Shown here one piece after another: positions 33,387-42,977 of a stretch of 52,369 nucleotides of DNA (positions are counted from its first letter, which is position 1; every line of letters starts with the position of its first letter). Source of the stretch: an uncultured Pseudomonadales bacterium (GTDB lineage Bacteria; Patescibacteriota; Microgenomatia; UBA1400; PJMF01); contig CAYTIA010000006.1 in assembly GCA_964437755.1 (NCBI GenBank), forward strand, positions 1 to 52,369. The letters run 5' to 3'. The notes beneath the pieces were generated by a model. The model was not told the DNA's origin. It did not search any database and worked only from the letters and a program-made list of their open reading frames with translations. The translations under genes were made by a program, and so were the position numbers.

Positions 33387-35000
33387 ATGCTTAAAGACTT
33401 CTTTATAAAAATTGATAAGTTCTTAGATCGCCACACAGGTTTTTTATTGTGCCTGCTGTTACTAATTATCCTCAGAGCCCCAAATTTTTTTGATCCCTAT
33501 TGGTATGGTGATGAAGCAATTTATTTAACCATTGGTCAAAGTATTCGAGCCGGAAAGCAACTCTATGCAGAAATCGTTGATCACAAAACACCAATAATTT
33601 ACTATTTAGCAGCCGTTCCCAATCAGTTTTGGTTTAGAGTTCTCTTAACTGGGTGGATGGTAACGACAACAACTTTTTTTTATGATTTATCTAGAAAAAT
33701 ATTTAATCACAAAAATATTAGTGTTATTGGTACTTTCATTTTTGTTTTACTAACAACACTTCCTTGGCTAGAAGGACACATTCCAAATGGAGAGTTGTTT
33801 GTAATGGGTTTTGTGATAACTGGCCTGTGGATACTCGCAAAGTCACAATATCTTTCTCAAGTACTTGATGATCAACCAATTATTAAATCATTTCATAAAA
33901 AGCAAATCGCTTTTTTAATAATATCTGGATTTTTTTATGGATTGGCGTTTTTAACAAAAGTTCCAGCAATTCTAGATTTTGCAGGATTATTACTCTTAAG
34001 TTGGTTTTTCACAAATTCTAAAGTTCTTAATCAAAGCAATAGCACTAGAAAGAGAAAAATATTTTTCACTAAAAAGAATTTCTTAGCACTTTTTCAATTT
34101 ATTCCCCAATGGATAGTTTTCTTTATTGGGCTGTTAATCCCAGTTATCATCTCGATAATATATTTTGTATCAATTGGAGCAGGCAGTGATTATTTAGAGT
34201 TTGGTTTGTTATACAACCTTCACTATACACAAACCTGGACTCATGATTTTGGATCAGCCTTCGTTAACTCTCTATTCACTCTACCTGTTAAAACGCTGAT
34301 TTTAGCAATATTTATACTACTCTTAACCATTCTTAAGAAGGTATCTCTTAAAGCTAAGTTTTTTACAGGGTGGTATTTACTAACTCTTTACTCTGTTTTA
34401 CTTTCAAATCGACCATACCCACATTACTTTCTTCAAGCAGTGCCACCTTTAGTATTGATGGTTACTTATTTATTAAAACTAGCAATTGATAAACAAAAAA
34501 AAGTTTATGAATTTGTATCTTCTTTCCTACTTTTTATTGTATGTGGCACTCTAACTACACTGATCTTATTTTCACTAAACTTTGGAGTTTATTCAACAAG
34601 AAAATATTATGGTACATTTTTCAAATATGTTAAAGGTAATCTAAATCAAGAGGAGTACTTTCAATCGTTTAACTATTTAATGAGTGATAACTATCAAGTG
34701 GCTAATTATCTCAAATCTCAAAATGAGAAAAAGTTGTTTATTTGGGGTAACAATGCACTACTATACGCACTTAGTGAAACCGTTCCCTCTTCTAGATATA
34801 CCGTAGCTTTTCACATTCTTGATATGAATGCCTTTGATGAAACAATAATGCAGGTAAAAGATGAGGAACCAAATTATATAGTCTTAATGAACAATGCTCC
34901 AACTGAGTTTCCTGAGTTCTATCATTACTTAAGAAGAAATTATGTACCGATCTATTCGTATACTAATATGACACTTTATAAAAGAGTAAATATTCAATAA
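33387..35000 (+). CDS. GT-C (ArnT/PMT-like) glycosyltransferase
   Basis: WYGDEAIY and DHKTP motifs; many TM helices; soluble C-terminal domain. Confidence 0.8.
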   Translation: MLKDFFIKIDKFLDRHTGFLLCLLLLIILRAPNFFDPYWYGDEAIYLTIGQSIRAGKQLYAEIVDHKTPIIYYLAAVPNQFWFRVLLTGWMVTTTTFFYDLSRKIFNHKNISVIGTFIFVLLTTLPWLEGHIPNGELFVMGFVITGLWILAKSQYLSQVLDDQPIIKSFHKKQIAFLIISGFFYGLAFLTKVPAILDFAGLLLLSWFFTNSKVLNQSNSTRKRKIFFTKKNFLALFQFIPQWIVFFIGLLIPVIISIIYFVSIGAGSDYLEFGLLYNLHYTQTWTHDFGSAFVNSLFTLPVKTLILAIFILLLTILKKVSLKAKFFTGWYLLTLYSVLLSNRPYPHYFLQAVPPLVLMVTYLLKLAIDKQKKVYEFVSSFLLFIVCGTLTTLILFSLNFGVYSTRKYYGTFFKYVKGNLNQEEYFQSFNYLMSDNYQVANYLKSQNEKKLFIWGNNALLYALSETVPSSRYTVAFHILDMNAFDETIMQVKDEEPNYIVLMNNAPTEFPEFYHYLRRNYVPIYSYTNMTLYKRVNIQ

Positions 35001-35002
35001 AA

Positions 35003-35386
35003 ATGATTCTAAAAAGAAATACAGAATCTAAGCCAAAATTAAATCAGCCTCGATTCAGATTGATTGGTAATCGAGAAAAAGTTCCAATTAAATTATCTAT
35101 ATTAATTAATATAGTATTGCTGTTGGTTGTATTGGTAGTTCAAACATTTCTCCAACCAGTTGTTCCCCTTTTTTTCTCACTACCTGTTGGCACAAATCAA
35201 TTGGCTCCAAAAATTTGGTTATTACTATCACCACTGCTATCGTTTCTTTTCAATGTTATTCACGTCGGATCTACTCATATATTTAAACTTCATCTTTTAA
35301 TAGAAAAACTTTATTTATGGTCTAATTTGGTATTGCAATTGATATTACTAATGATCACTTTAAGAATTATTTTTGTAGTGATCTAA
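35003..35386 (+). CDS. Small membrane protein
   Basis: Three hydrophobic segments; VPLFFS.P.G..QL motif. Confidence 0.65.
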   Translation: MILKRNTESKPKLNQPRFRLIGNREKVPIKLSILINIVLLLVVLVVQTFLQPVVPLFFSLPVGTNQLAPKIWLLLSPLLSFLFNVIHVGSTHIFKLHLLIEKLYLWSNLVLQLILLMITLRIIFVVI

Positions 35387-35387
35387 T

Positions 35388-36452
35388 ATGATGGAAGTTC
35401 TACCCCTCCTCACAAGTTTCGCCATATCCTTGATTGTGGGTAAGATGGTAATTAAGCTTTATCTCTCGAAAAAATGGCTAGATGATCCAAAAACAGAATC
35501 TCACATTAAAAAAACTCACTCAAAAGCAGTCCCAAGAGGTGGTGGTATCCAAATTTTTATCAGTTTTTTTCTTTCAAGCTTAATATTTTTATCTATCGAT
35601 AAGTACTTAATTGCAATTATTCTTTCATCCTTGGTCTTAACAGTAATCGGTATACTTGACGATCTATATAATATTCATCCTTACTGGAGACTGACAACTG
35701 GCTTATTAGCTGGGCTAATTGTTGTTGGATCTGGAATTGGCATAGCATATGTATCAAATCCAGTTGGAGAAGGAGTCATTCAACTCAGCTCTATTCAAAT
35801 ACCAATAAGTATCCTTAATAAAACTAGAAACATTTGGATACTTTCTGATTTATTTGCTCTTATTTTTATTCTATGGAACATGAATATCGTTAATTGGTCA
35901 AAAGGTTTAGATGGGCAACTTCCATCCTTTGTTGCAGTTGCTTTTATCTTTATTGGACTTTTAAGTGATTCTTTTAGCTCTGATCCAACACAATTTAGCA
36001 ATGCTATTCTGAGTTATATTTTAGCCGGCGGTTTTCTAGGATTATTGGTATATAACTGGTATCCTCAAAAAATTATGCCAGGATATGGTGGGGGTTCATT
36101 AGCAGGTTTTTTTCTAAGTATCTTGGCCATCTTATCGGGAGCAAAGGTTGCTACAACTTTAATGGTGCTGGCCATTCCAACTGCTGATGCAGTTTTTACC
36201 ATTATTCGTCGAATAGCTTCAAAGAAATCTCCAATCTGGGGAGATCGAGGACATCTTCATCACTTATTGCTTGATAAATTAGGATGGGGCAGAAGAAGAG
36301 TCGCATTTTTTTATGCAGTTACTAGCCTGCTCATGGGAGTTTTATCTCTTCATCTAAACACAACTGGTAAATTAATAGCACTATGTATATCCTTTTTGCT
36401 AGTTATATCCTTTCAAGTTTGGGCTACAATTAATCAAAATAAAATTATTTAA
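35388..36452 (+). CDS. WecA/TagO/MraY-family polyprenyl-phosphate sugar-1-phosphate transferase
   Basis: PRGGG, GILDD, NWSKGLDG, YNWYPQKI and DRGHLHH motifs. Confidence 0.9.
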   Translation: MMEVLPLLTSFAISLIVGKMVIKLYLSKKWLDDPKTESHIKKTHSKAVPRGGGIQIFISFFLSSLIFLSIDKYLIAIILSSLVLTVIGILDDLYNIHPYWRLTTGLLAGLIVVGSGIGIAYVSNPVGEGVIQLSSIQIPISILNKTRNIWILSDLFALIFILWNMNIVNWSKGLDGQLPSFVAVAFIFIGLLSDSFSSDPTQFSNAILSYILAGGFLGLLVYNWYPQKIMPGYGGGSLAGFFLSILAILSGAKVATTLMVLAIPTADAVFTIIRRIASKKSPIWGDRGHLHHLLLDKLGWGRRRVAFFYAVTSLLMGVLSLHLNTTGKLIALCISFLLVISFQVWATINQNKII

Positions 36453-36474
36453 TAGTGATATTTAAAAAAATAAT

Positions 36475-37437
36475 ATGAGTTCATTTTTCAAAACTCTTAA
36501 GCTTGTTTTTATCAGTGCCAGACCATTGCAATGGATAAAGAATATTACTCTGTTTGCTCCGTTGTTATTTTCAGGTTTTTTGTTTTACAACCCAGTTGAT
36601 GGCCCATCCTATTTTCTTGTAGTTGCCTATGCTTTTGCAATCTTTTGTATTATGACCTCAAGTGTTTATCTCATTAACGATACAATTGACGCTCAAGCAG
36701 ACTCAAAACATCCAATTAAAAAAAATCGCCCCATTGCCTCCGGAAAGTTACCGATTCAAACGGCCTTATTTTTTTCAATACTTGGCTTTGCAGTGGTATT
36801 CTTTCTATCTCTTTCATTTAGCCCTTTTTACCAACTTTTATTACTCACCTATGTTTGTCTTCAGCTTCTTTACTCATTTAAATTAAAACAGATCCCAATT
36901 TTAGATGTTTTAACTATCGCTTCTGGTTTTTTAATTAGGATTTATGCAGGTGCAGTAGTAGTTAACCTTAGCATGAGTGTTTGGTTTTTACTAACAGTTG
37001 TTTCAGCATCTTTGTTTCTAGCCGTTGGAAAAAGACAAAGCGAAAGAACTTTAATGAAGGACCAATCAGATAAAATCACCAGAGTTACTTTACACAAATA
37101 TAGTCAAAGATTATTAGATGTCTATACTTCAATGTTTGCCAATGCAACTTGGCTTACATATGCTCTTTATACTTTCCAATCACAACAATCGGTTAGCGAA
37201 CCAGCTTTTGAAAGATTTCCTTGGGCATATACAGTTTTACCAAGGACCTTTCAATCTCAAAAATTACTGATGTTGACCTTACCACTCGTAATCTTTGGAG
37301 TAATGAGATACTTGGCATTAGTCTATGAAGAAAACAAGGGTGAATCTCCAGAAAAGGTTTTAATAAAAGACAAAACTCTTCTAACCACCGTTATCGTGTA
37401 CGGCTTGATGACAATGTTTATTATTTATCTAGAATAA
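36475..37437 (+). CDS. UbiA-family polyprenyl-phosphate phosphoribosyltransferase-like protein
   Basis: RPLQWIKN, YLINDTID...D..HP.KK.RP.ASG, YSF.LK.IP.LDV...GF.IR and AVGKR motifs. Confidence 0.85.
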   Translation: MSSFFKTLKLVFISARPLQWIKNITLFAPLLFSGFLFYNPVDGPSYFLVVAYAFAIFCIMTSSVYLINDTIDAQADSKHPIKKNRPIASGKLPIQTALFFSILGFAVVFFLSLSFSPFYQLLLLTYVCLQLLYSFKLKQIPILDVLTIASGFLIRIYAGAVVVNLSMSVWFLLTVVSASLFLAVGKRQSERTLMKDQSDKITRVTLHKYSQRLLDVYTSMFANATWLTYALYTFQSQQSVSEPAFERFPWAYTVLPRTFQSQKLLMLTLPLVIFGVMRYLALVYEENKGESPEKVLIKDKTLLTTVIVYGLMTMFIIYLE

Positions 37438-37442
37438 AACTA

Positions 37443-38333
37443 ATGAAAACAATTAAAAAAGCGGTAATTAGTTGTGCTGGTTTTGGCACCAGATTTTTAC
37501 CTCTTTCAAAAACAATCCAAAAAGAGATGTTGCCCATAATCAATCGTCCAGTTATTGATTACATTATTAAGGATTGCAAGAAAGCTGGTATAAATGAGTT
37601 TGTCATTGTTATCAACGAACACAACTATCAGCCTCTCCATTATTATAGAGAAAACCTTCGACTTGCCGAATATCTTAAACAAATGGATAAGTTTCATTTA
37701 TATGAACAAGTCAAAGATCTTCATCAGGGAGCAAATTTCTCCTTTGTTAAGCAAACTGATTCTGATCCTTATGGAACCTCTATTCCAGTTTTGCTTGCTA
37801 AAAATGAAATCGTTAATGAAGAAGCATTTTTATATTTAACTGGTGATGATTTTGTATTCTTTGCAGATGAATCGCGCTCATTTATAGACGAGCTAATTGC
37901 AGAATACCATCAGTCAGAGGCAGAGGCTGCCTTATGTAGTATTCAAGTTGCAGCTGAGGTAACCAGTCAATATGGAATCATTTCAATGAAGCGGGATGGA
38001 AACTTTAATTTTCTTAAATCACTCATTGAAAAACCTGATTCAGGAAAAGCACCTTCTAGCCTAGCTAATATCAGCAAATATATTCTGACACCATCAATTC
38101 TTCCAATTATTGAAACTCAAAAGATAAATGCTAAAAGCGGTGAATACTATATTACTGATGCTTTGGAAATGTTTGCTCAAACAAAAAAAGTTCTTGTACA
38201 TCAAACTAAAGGAAAATACTTAAATGCTGGAGATCCAACGAATTGGCTTAAGGCCAACTTGACTGTAGCTGGATCAAATCCAGAACTAAAAAAACAATTA
38301 GTTTCATTTATTAAACAAGAGTGGAATATTTAA
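37443..38333 (+). CDS. galU: UTP-glucose-1-phosphate uridylyltransferase family, paralog 1
   Basis: AGFGTRFLP..K...KEMLP, GDD and EKP motifs. Confidence 0.85.
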   Translation: MKTIKKAVISCAGFGTRFLPLSKTIQKEMLPIINRPVIDYIIKDCKKAGINEFVIVINEHNYQPLHYYRENLRLAEYLKQMDKFHLYEQVKDLHQGANFSFVKQTDSDPYGTSIPVLLAKNEIVNEEAFLYLTGDDFVFFADESRSFIDELIAEYHQSEAEAALCSIQVAAEVTSQYGIISMKRDGNFNFLKSLIEKPDSGKAPSSLANISKYILTPSILPIIETQKINAKSGEYYITDALEMFAQTKKVLVHQTKGKYLNAGDPTNWLKANLTVAGSNPELKKQLVSFIKQEWNI

Positions 38334-39328
38334 CTTTGGTTTTCTAAAAGCCAAGCTTCTGCGTCCAGGGCAGCGGCTGCTCCCATTCCAGATGCAGTGA
38401 TTGCCTGACGGTATCTTAGATCAACTACATCTCCAGCAGCAAATACACCTTCTACTGAGGTCATTGTTGGATAATTTATTTTTCCTTGATTATTGACTTT
38501 TTTTGATGCCAACTCCGCTCCTTCTTTGCTCGGACTTTGAGGGGTTACAATATATCCTTCAGTAGTGAGTTCAAGTTGATCACTAACTAAACTATTTTGT
38601 GGTCGGTGCCCTATAGCCAGAAATAAACCGTCAGCCAGATGGTTAGAGATAACTCCATCCGTTTCTATTTCAAGTGATTCAAGCTTGTCTATACCATTAA
38701 TTTTCTTTACCTGACTGTTCCATAATACTGAAATGTTTTTATGATTTAAGACTCTTGTTTGCATAATTTTACTGGCTCTAAACTCATCTCTGCGATGAAT
38801 TATAGTCACTTGGTCAGAGAAATTTGCCAATGCCAACGAATCTTCCATGGCACTATCGCCCCCTCCTATCACAAAAACCTTTTTCTCTCTGAAAAAAGCA
38901 GCATCACATACGGCACAAGTGCTCACACCTCGTCCAAGAAGTTCCTTTTCGTTATCAAGATTCAACATCATTGCTGTTGCGCCAGTTGAGATGATTAGAG
39001 AATCAGCTAAATAATGAGGATCAGACTGTTTGTCATTCACCCAAATTTTAAATGGTCTCGATGATAAATCTAGTTTGCTAACTGATTCATATAATATTCT
39101 TGCTCCAAATTTTTCAGCTTGAGTTTTGATGTCATTCATCAGTTTTGGTCCCATAATCCCCTCAGGATGCCCGGGGAAATTTTCAACTTCAGTTGTATAC
39201 ATTAATTGACCGCCGATCTCACTTCCTGCAAAGACTATTGGGTTGAGCTGGGCTCTAGAACTATAAATAGCCGCACTATAACCAGCTGGACCAGAACCAA
39301 TAATCGCTAAATTGATGTGTTTGCTCAT
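38330..39328 (-). CDS. trxB: Thioredoxin reductase
   Basis: GSGPAG, CAVCD, GGGDSA and AGDV..YRQAITA motifs. Confidence 0.97.
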   Translation of the reverse strand: MSKHINLAIIGSGPAGYSAAIYSSRAQLNPIVFAGSEIGGQLMYTTEVENFPGHPEGIMGPKLMNDIKTQAEKFGARILYESVSKLDLSSRPFKIWVNDKQSDPHYLADSLIISTGATAMMLNLDNEKELLGRGVSTCAVCDAAFFREKKVFVIGGGDSAMEDSLALANFSDQVTIIHRRDEFRASKIMQTRVLNHKNISVLWNSQVKKINGIDKLESLEIETDGVISNHLADGLFLAIGHRPQNSLVSDQLELTTEGYIVTPQSPSKEGAELASKKVNNQGKINYPTMTSVEGVFAAGDVVDLRYRQAITASGMGAAAALDAEAWLLENQS

Positions 39329-39346
39329 AATAATTTCGTTAAAAAT

Positions 39347-39691
39347 CTATACAGTCGCTTCTTCAATTAACTGTTTTAAACCTTCTTTTCCCGAAAACCC
39401 AATTTGTTTCCCCTTAATCACCACCTCGTTATTTTCGTAGTTAACAACTACCACCGTAGGAATACTCATCACTCCATATGAAGAAGGTACTTCTCTATTT
39501 TCATCTACATTCATTTTAGTTATTAAAACTTTACCCTCATACTCTTTATTCAGTTCTACTAATATTGGTGCCACCATTTGACATGGACCACACCAATCGG
39601 CATAAAAATCCACTAAAACTGGAGTCCCAGCATCTTTAACTGTTTGTAAAAAATCTGCATCGCTAATGTGAAGAACTTGATCGCTTGACAT
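39347..39691 (-). CDS. trxA: Thioredoxin
   Basis: WCGPC active site, SIPT cis-Pro loop. Confidence 0.96.
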   Translation of the reverse strand: MSSDQVLHISDADFLQTVKDAGTPVLVDFYADWCGPCQMVAPILVELNKEYEGKVLITKMNVDENREVPSSYGVMSIPTVVVVNYENNEVVIKGKQIGFSGKEGLKQLIEEATV

Positions 39692-39703
39692 ATTTCCTTT
39701 TAT

Positions 39704-39970
39704 TTAATAATTTAGTAATTTTTTTAATAGTTGTTCAAACTCATCTAAATCATCTTTTTTTGAACAGTTTTTAATTTGACACATTAATAAATCTTTTCCA
39801 ACTCTGGAGATAGAATTTTTAGCTGCCAAAACCTGATCAACAATCTCAACACAGCTGCGGTCAGTCTCAATCATATTAATAATACCATTAATTTGGCCAG
39901 AGATTCTCTTGAGCTGATTGATACTAACAATGGTAGCATCTAGTTTAGATATATTTTTCTTTCTATTCAT
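39704..39970 (-). CDS. CsoR/RcnR/FrmR family repressor lacking the Cu-binding His (CstR-like fingerprint)
   Basis: LKRISGQINGI..MIE.DRSC...Q..A and C40/C69 spacing; start ATG 39970. Confidence 0.88.
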   Translation of the reverse strand: MNRKKNISKLDATIVSINQLKRISGQINGIINMIETDRSCVEIVDQVLAAKNSISRVGKDLLMCQIKNCSKKDDLDEFEQLLKKLLNY

Positions 39971-39977
39971 CGAAATA

Positions 39978-40006
39978 AATATACCCCATAGGGGTATAAA
40001 TGTCAA
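39978..40006 (-). promoter_or_regulatory. Promoter with a CsoR-family operator in the spacer
   Basis: Minus strand TTGACA (40006-40001), 17 bp, TATATT (39983-39978); palindrome TATACCCC-ATA-GGGGTATA at 39980-39998. Confidence 0.85.
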
Positions 40007-40017
40007 GAGACTCAATC

Positions 40018-40353
40018 TTAAAGCATATTAACTCTAAACTCTTTACCGTATTCTAGAAAACCCAACTTTAAATAAAAGTTATGTACTTGATATCTGCTAT
40101 TTCTGCTTGAAGCAACAACTTTATAACATCCTTTTTCTTTAGCAGTTTTCAGAATCTTTTGTATAAGCTTAGTTCCATAACTCATGTCTCTGTATTTTTT
40201 ATCAATAAAGACGTCCTCAATATATCCATATGGCTGCTCATGAATCTCATTAAATATGATATATAAAAATGCTCTACCAACCTCAGCATTTTTTTCATTC
40301 TTGATAGAAAATCTTATTACTTGACTATTTTTTTGTTTTTGAGAAATTTCCAT
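40018..40353 (-). CDS. GNAT family acetyltransferase
   Basis: YIEDVFID.KYR..SYGT.L and FYLKLGF motifs. Confidence 0.85.
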   Translation of the reverse strand: MEISQKQKNSQVIRFSIKNEKNAEVGRAFLYIIFNEIHEQPYGYIEDVFIDKKYRDMSYGTKLIQKILKTAKEKGCYKVVASSRNSRYQVHNFYLKLGFLEYGKEFRVNML

Positions 40354-42165
40354 TTAAAATATCTTTGTTACTAATTTAAGTTTTGCTTGAAGTTGTGCAA
40401 TTTCTGTCATCTTTTTTTGGATTAACTCATCAGCCCCACTTTTTTTCTCTCTTTCAATCTTTGAGATCTCTTCGTTTAAGAGCTCAATTTTGTTTGAAAT
40501 ATTATACTGCTGATACTTGCTAATCGTTTTTTTCCATTCCTTATCCCAGTTAGCAATTAAAAATTCATTTGAATATTGAGGTAAATGACACCACTCCATT
40601 AAAAACACTTTTAAATCTTCTGGCAAACTCATAGCAAAACGATCAAGGGAGTACTCTTGATCATAGTTTACGAGCCTATCTAGAATTATATTTGCTTGAG
40701 CATAGGAAAATTCAAGTTGTTTTAACTCCCTAGCTTTTTCTACAACTTTTTTGTCATCCGCATTAAATAATAAAAAAAGTAAGTATTCTTGAATCAGCTC
40801 AATTGGAGATTGAGAAGAGGTTGTATTTTGATCTTGAACTTTTTTATTAATAGGTTTTTTTGTGATTCCGAAATTATTAATATCTTTATTCAAAATTCCA
40901 ACCGTAACATTAAGTTTGTTAGCCAACTGCTTTAAATAAAAATCTTTTTCTACCTCATGAGATATGTTTTTTATAACTGGGGCCAACTCATCGATAATCT
41001 TCCTTCTCCCTGAGGCAGAGTTTAAATCGTATTTTCTGAGAGCTACTCCAATCAAAAACTCATACGCTGAGATCGATTCCTTACTTACTTTCCTCCACAA
41101 AGCTGGATTTTTTTGAATTAGATCATCTACATCATGGATCTCATCTTCGCCTCCAACCTGAGATAGATCAATTACTCTTAAATCCAGATTGGTGTTGCGG
41201 ATAATATCAATTGCTCTGCGTGTTGCTTTAACTCCCGCCTCATCTGAATCCAGAGTAATAATCACTTTTTCCACTGATCTTTCAAGCAATTTTGCTTGTT
41301 CTGTAGTAAGAGCAGAGCCCTTAATTGCAACTATATGCTTGACATGGTTTTGCTGAGAAGAGATTACATCAAACTCTCCCTCACAAACAATGACCTCTTT
41401 TTTGTTGCGGATATCTTGAAAAAGTTCGCTGTAACCATAAAGAGTTTTTGCTTTATGATACAGGATTGTTTCAGGAGTATTAATATATTTTGGCTGATTT
41501 TTATCATTCTCATCTGAACTAATTAATCTTCCCGATAACCCCACTATCTGACCTCTATGATTTCTTAACGGAAAAACAATACGGTTTCGAAACCGATCAT
41601 AGTATCGTCCTGATCGATTGCGAACTATTAACCCAGACTGTTCAATAACCACGGGATCATACTTCTTTTTAGTAGTAAGATAGCTAAATAAACCATCCCA
41701 AGCATCCAATGCATATCCAATTTGAAACAGATTAATCGAGCTGTTAATAATACCTCTCTTTTTTAAATACTCCTTTGCATATATTCCTGATTTGTGTTCT
41801 GTTAATAAATAGTGATAATACTTAGTTGCTATCTGAAGAATCTCTAAAACTTGTTCTCTTACATCATCTTCTTTTGTTTTGGTGTACTGTTTTAACTCTA
41901 TACCGGCTTCATCAGCTAAGTATTGCAATGCCTCATAAAAACTCATGCCCTCATACTGCTGCAGAAACTCAAAAACGTCACCTTTAGCTCCGCAACCAAA
42001 ACAACGATAGCGTTGCAATTGAGGATTTACAAAAAAACTTGGAGATTTTTCTGAGTGAAAAGGACATAAAGCTCTATAACTTGAGCCCGCTTGCTTCAAA
42101 TCAAGTCTCTGTGAAATTATATTCACAATATCAACTGCATCCTTAACTTGAGAAATTTGGCTCAT
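40354..42165 (-). CDS. dnaG: DNA primase
   Basis: CPFH.EKSPSF, CFGC zinc finger, KYINTPET, EGEFD and TOPRIM D.D motifs. Confidence 0.97.
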   Translation of the reverse strand: MSQISQVKDAVDIVNIISQRLDLKQAGSSYRALCPFHSEKSPSFFVNPQLQRYRCFGCGAKGDVFEFLQQYEGMSFYEALQYLADEAGIELKQYTKTKEDDVREQVLEILQIATKYYHYLLTEHKSGIYAKEYLKKRGIINSSINLFQIGYALDAWDGLFSYLTTKKKYDPVVIEQSGLIVRNRSGRYYDRFRNRIVFPLRNHRGQIVGLSGRLISSDENDKNQPKYINTPETILYHKAKTLYGYSELFQDIRNKKEVIVCEGEFDVISSQQNHVKHIVAIKGSALTTEQAKLLERSVEKVIITLDSDEAGVKATRRAIDIIRNTNLDLRVIDLSQVGGEDEIHDVDDLIQKNPALWRKVSKESISAYEFLIGVALRKYDLNSASGRRKIIDELAPVIKNISHEVEKDFYLKQLANKLNVTVGILNKDINNFGITKKPINKKVQDQNTTSSQSPIELIQEYLLFLLFNADDKKVVEKARELKQLEFSYAQANIILDRLVNYDQEYSLDRFAMSLPEDLKVFLMEWCHLPQYSNEFLIANWDKEWKKTISKYQQYNISNKIELLNEEISKIEREKKSGADELIQKKMTEIAQLQAKLKLVTKIF

Positions 42166-42244
42166 AATTATTTATTAACACTTTAATAAATCCTTTATTA
42201 ACCGTATTATACAGTTAATAACAAATATATAAATTCTTCTATTT

Positions 42245-42607
42245 ATGAAAAAAAGTGATAACAAATCATCAGAACCAAAACACACTCTTTATGATACTCC
42301 ATTTAATACCTATTTCAGAAAATTAGATAAAATTGATAAAGGTAAGAGATATTCTAAAGAATATGGTTCTATCTTAATTCTGGGATTGGTAGAGGAGATT
42401 GGCGAAATGGCCAGAGCTTATCTTGCAGAACACGGAAGAAAGAAAACAAATATTGCTGCCCAGCTTGATGAAACATACGAGCAAGAACTAGGAGATATTC
42501 TTGTAGCAATCATCAGATTTGCCAGAATAAAAAATATAAACCTTCACGAAAGGATCATGTACACACTCGAGAAAATCGAGAAAAGAAGGACAAAACCGAA
42601 AATATAA
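42245..42607 (+). CDS. MazG-like nucleotide pyrophosphohydrolase
   Basis: LVEEIGEMA...ELGDIL (EExGE...ExxD). Confidence 0.85.
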   Translation: MKKSDNKSSEPKHTLYDTPFNTYFRKLDKIDKGKRYSKEYGSILILGLVEEIGEMARAYLAEHGRKKTNIAAQLDETYEQELGDILVAIIRFARIKNINLHERIMYTLEKIEKRRTKPKI

Positions 42608-42617
42608 AACTCAACCA

Positions 42618-42977
42618 TCATTGAAGCATAATGCAACTGTCAGTTTGAGTTAAGATGTTATTTTCCTGGCAATATTCAATAGCTTTTTTACTTTCACTAC
42701 CTGGTTGAAACCAAATTTTTTTTACACCCTGTAACAAAGCTTTTTTAACTATTTCTTCACTAACTTGAGGAGGTACCACCAGAATAACTAAATCAATCTT
42801 CTCAGGAATTTCTGAAAGTGAAGTATAAACAATATTTCCTAATATCTCTCCACCTTTGTAATTAACAGGAAAAACATTTGCCCCTTGTTCAAGAAAGTGT
42901 TTATAAACTTTATATCCATATTTATTAGTATTTGAAGACGCCCCAACAACTGCGATTGTGGAAATATTATTTAGCAT
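42618..42977 (-). CDS. Stand-alone CoA-binding protein (YccU-like)
   Basis: IAVVGAS...KYG, PVN, IDLV, IWFQPG motifs. Confidence 0.9.
   Translation of the reverse strand: MLNNISTIAVVGASSNTNKYGYKVYKHFLEQGANVFPVNYKGGEILGNIVYTSLSEIPEKIDLVILVVPPQVSEEIVKKALLQGVKKIWFQPGSESKKAIEYCQENNILTQTDSCIMLQ

Noticed and set aside
40018-40353. Stand-alone GNAT as the split partner of the ACD-like gene (Pat/PatZ acetyltransferase)
   Set aside because: The ACD keeps its catalytic His, and the GNAT is separated from it by four genes and coupled to dnaG.
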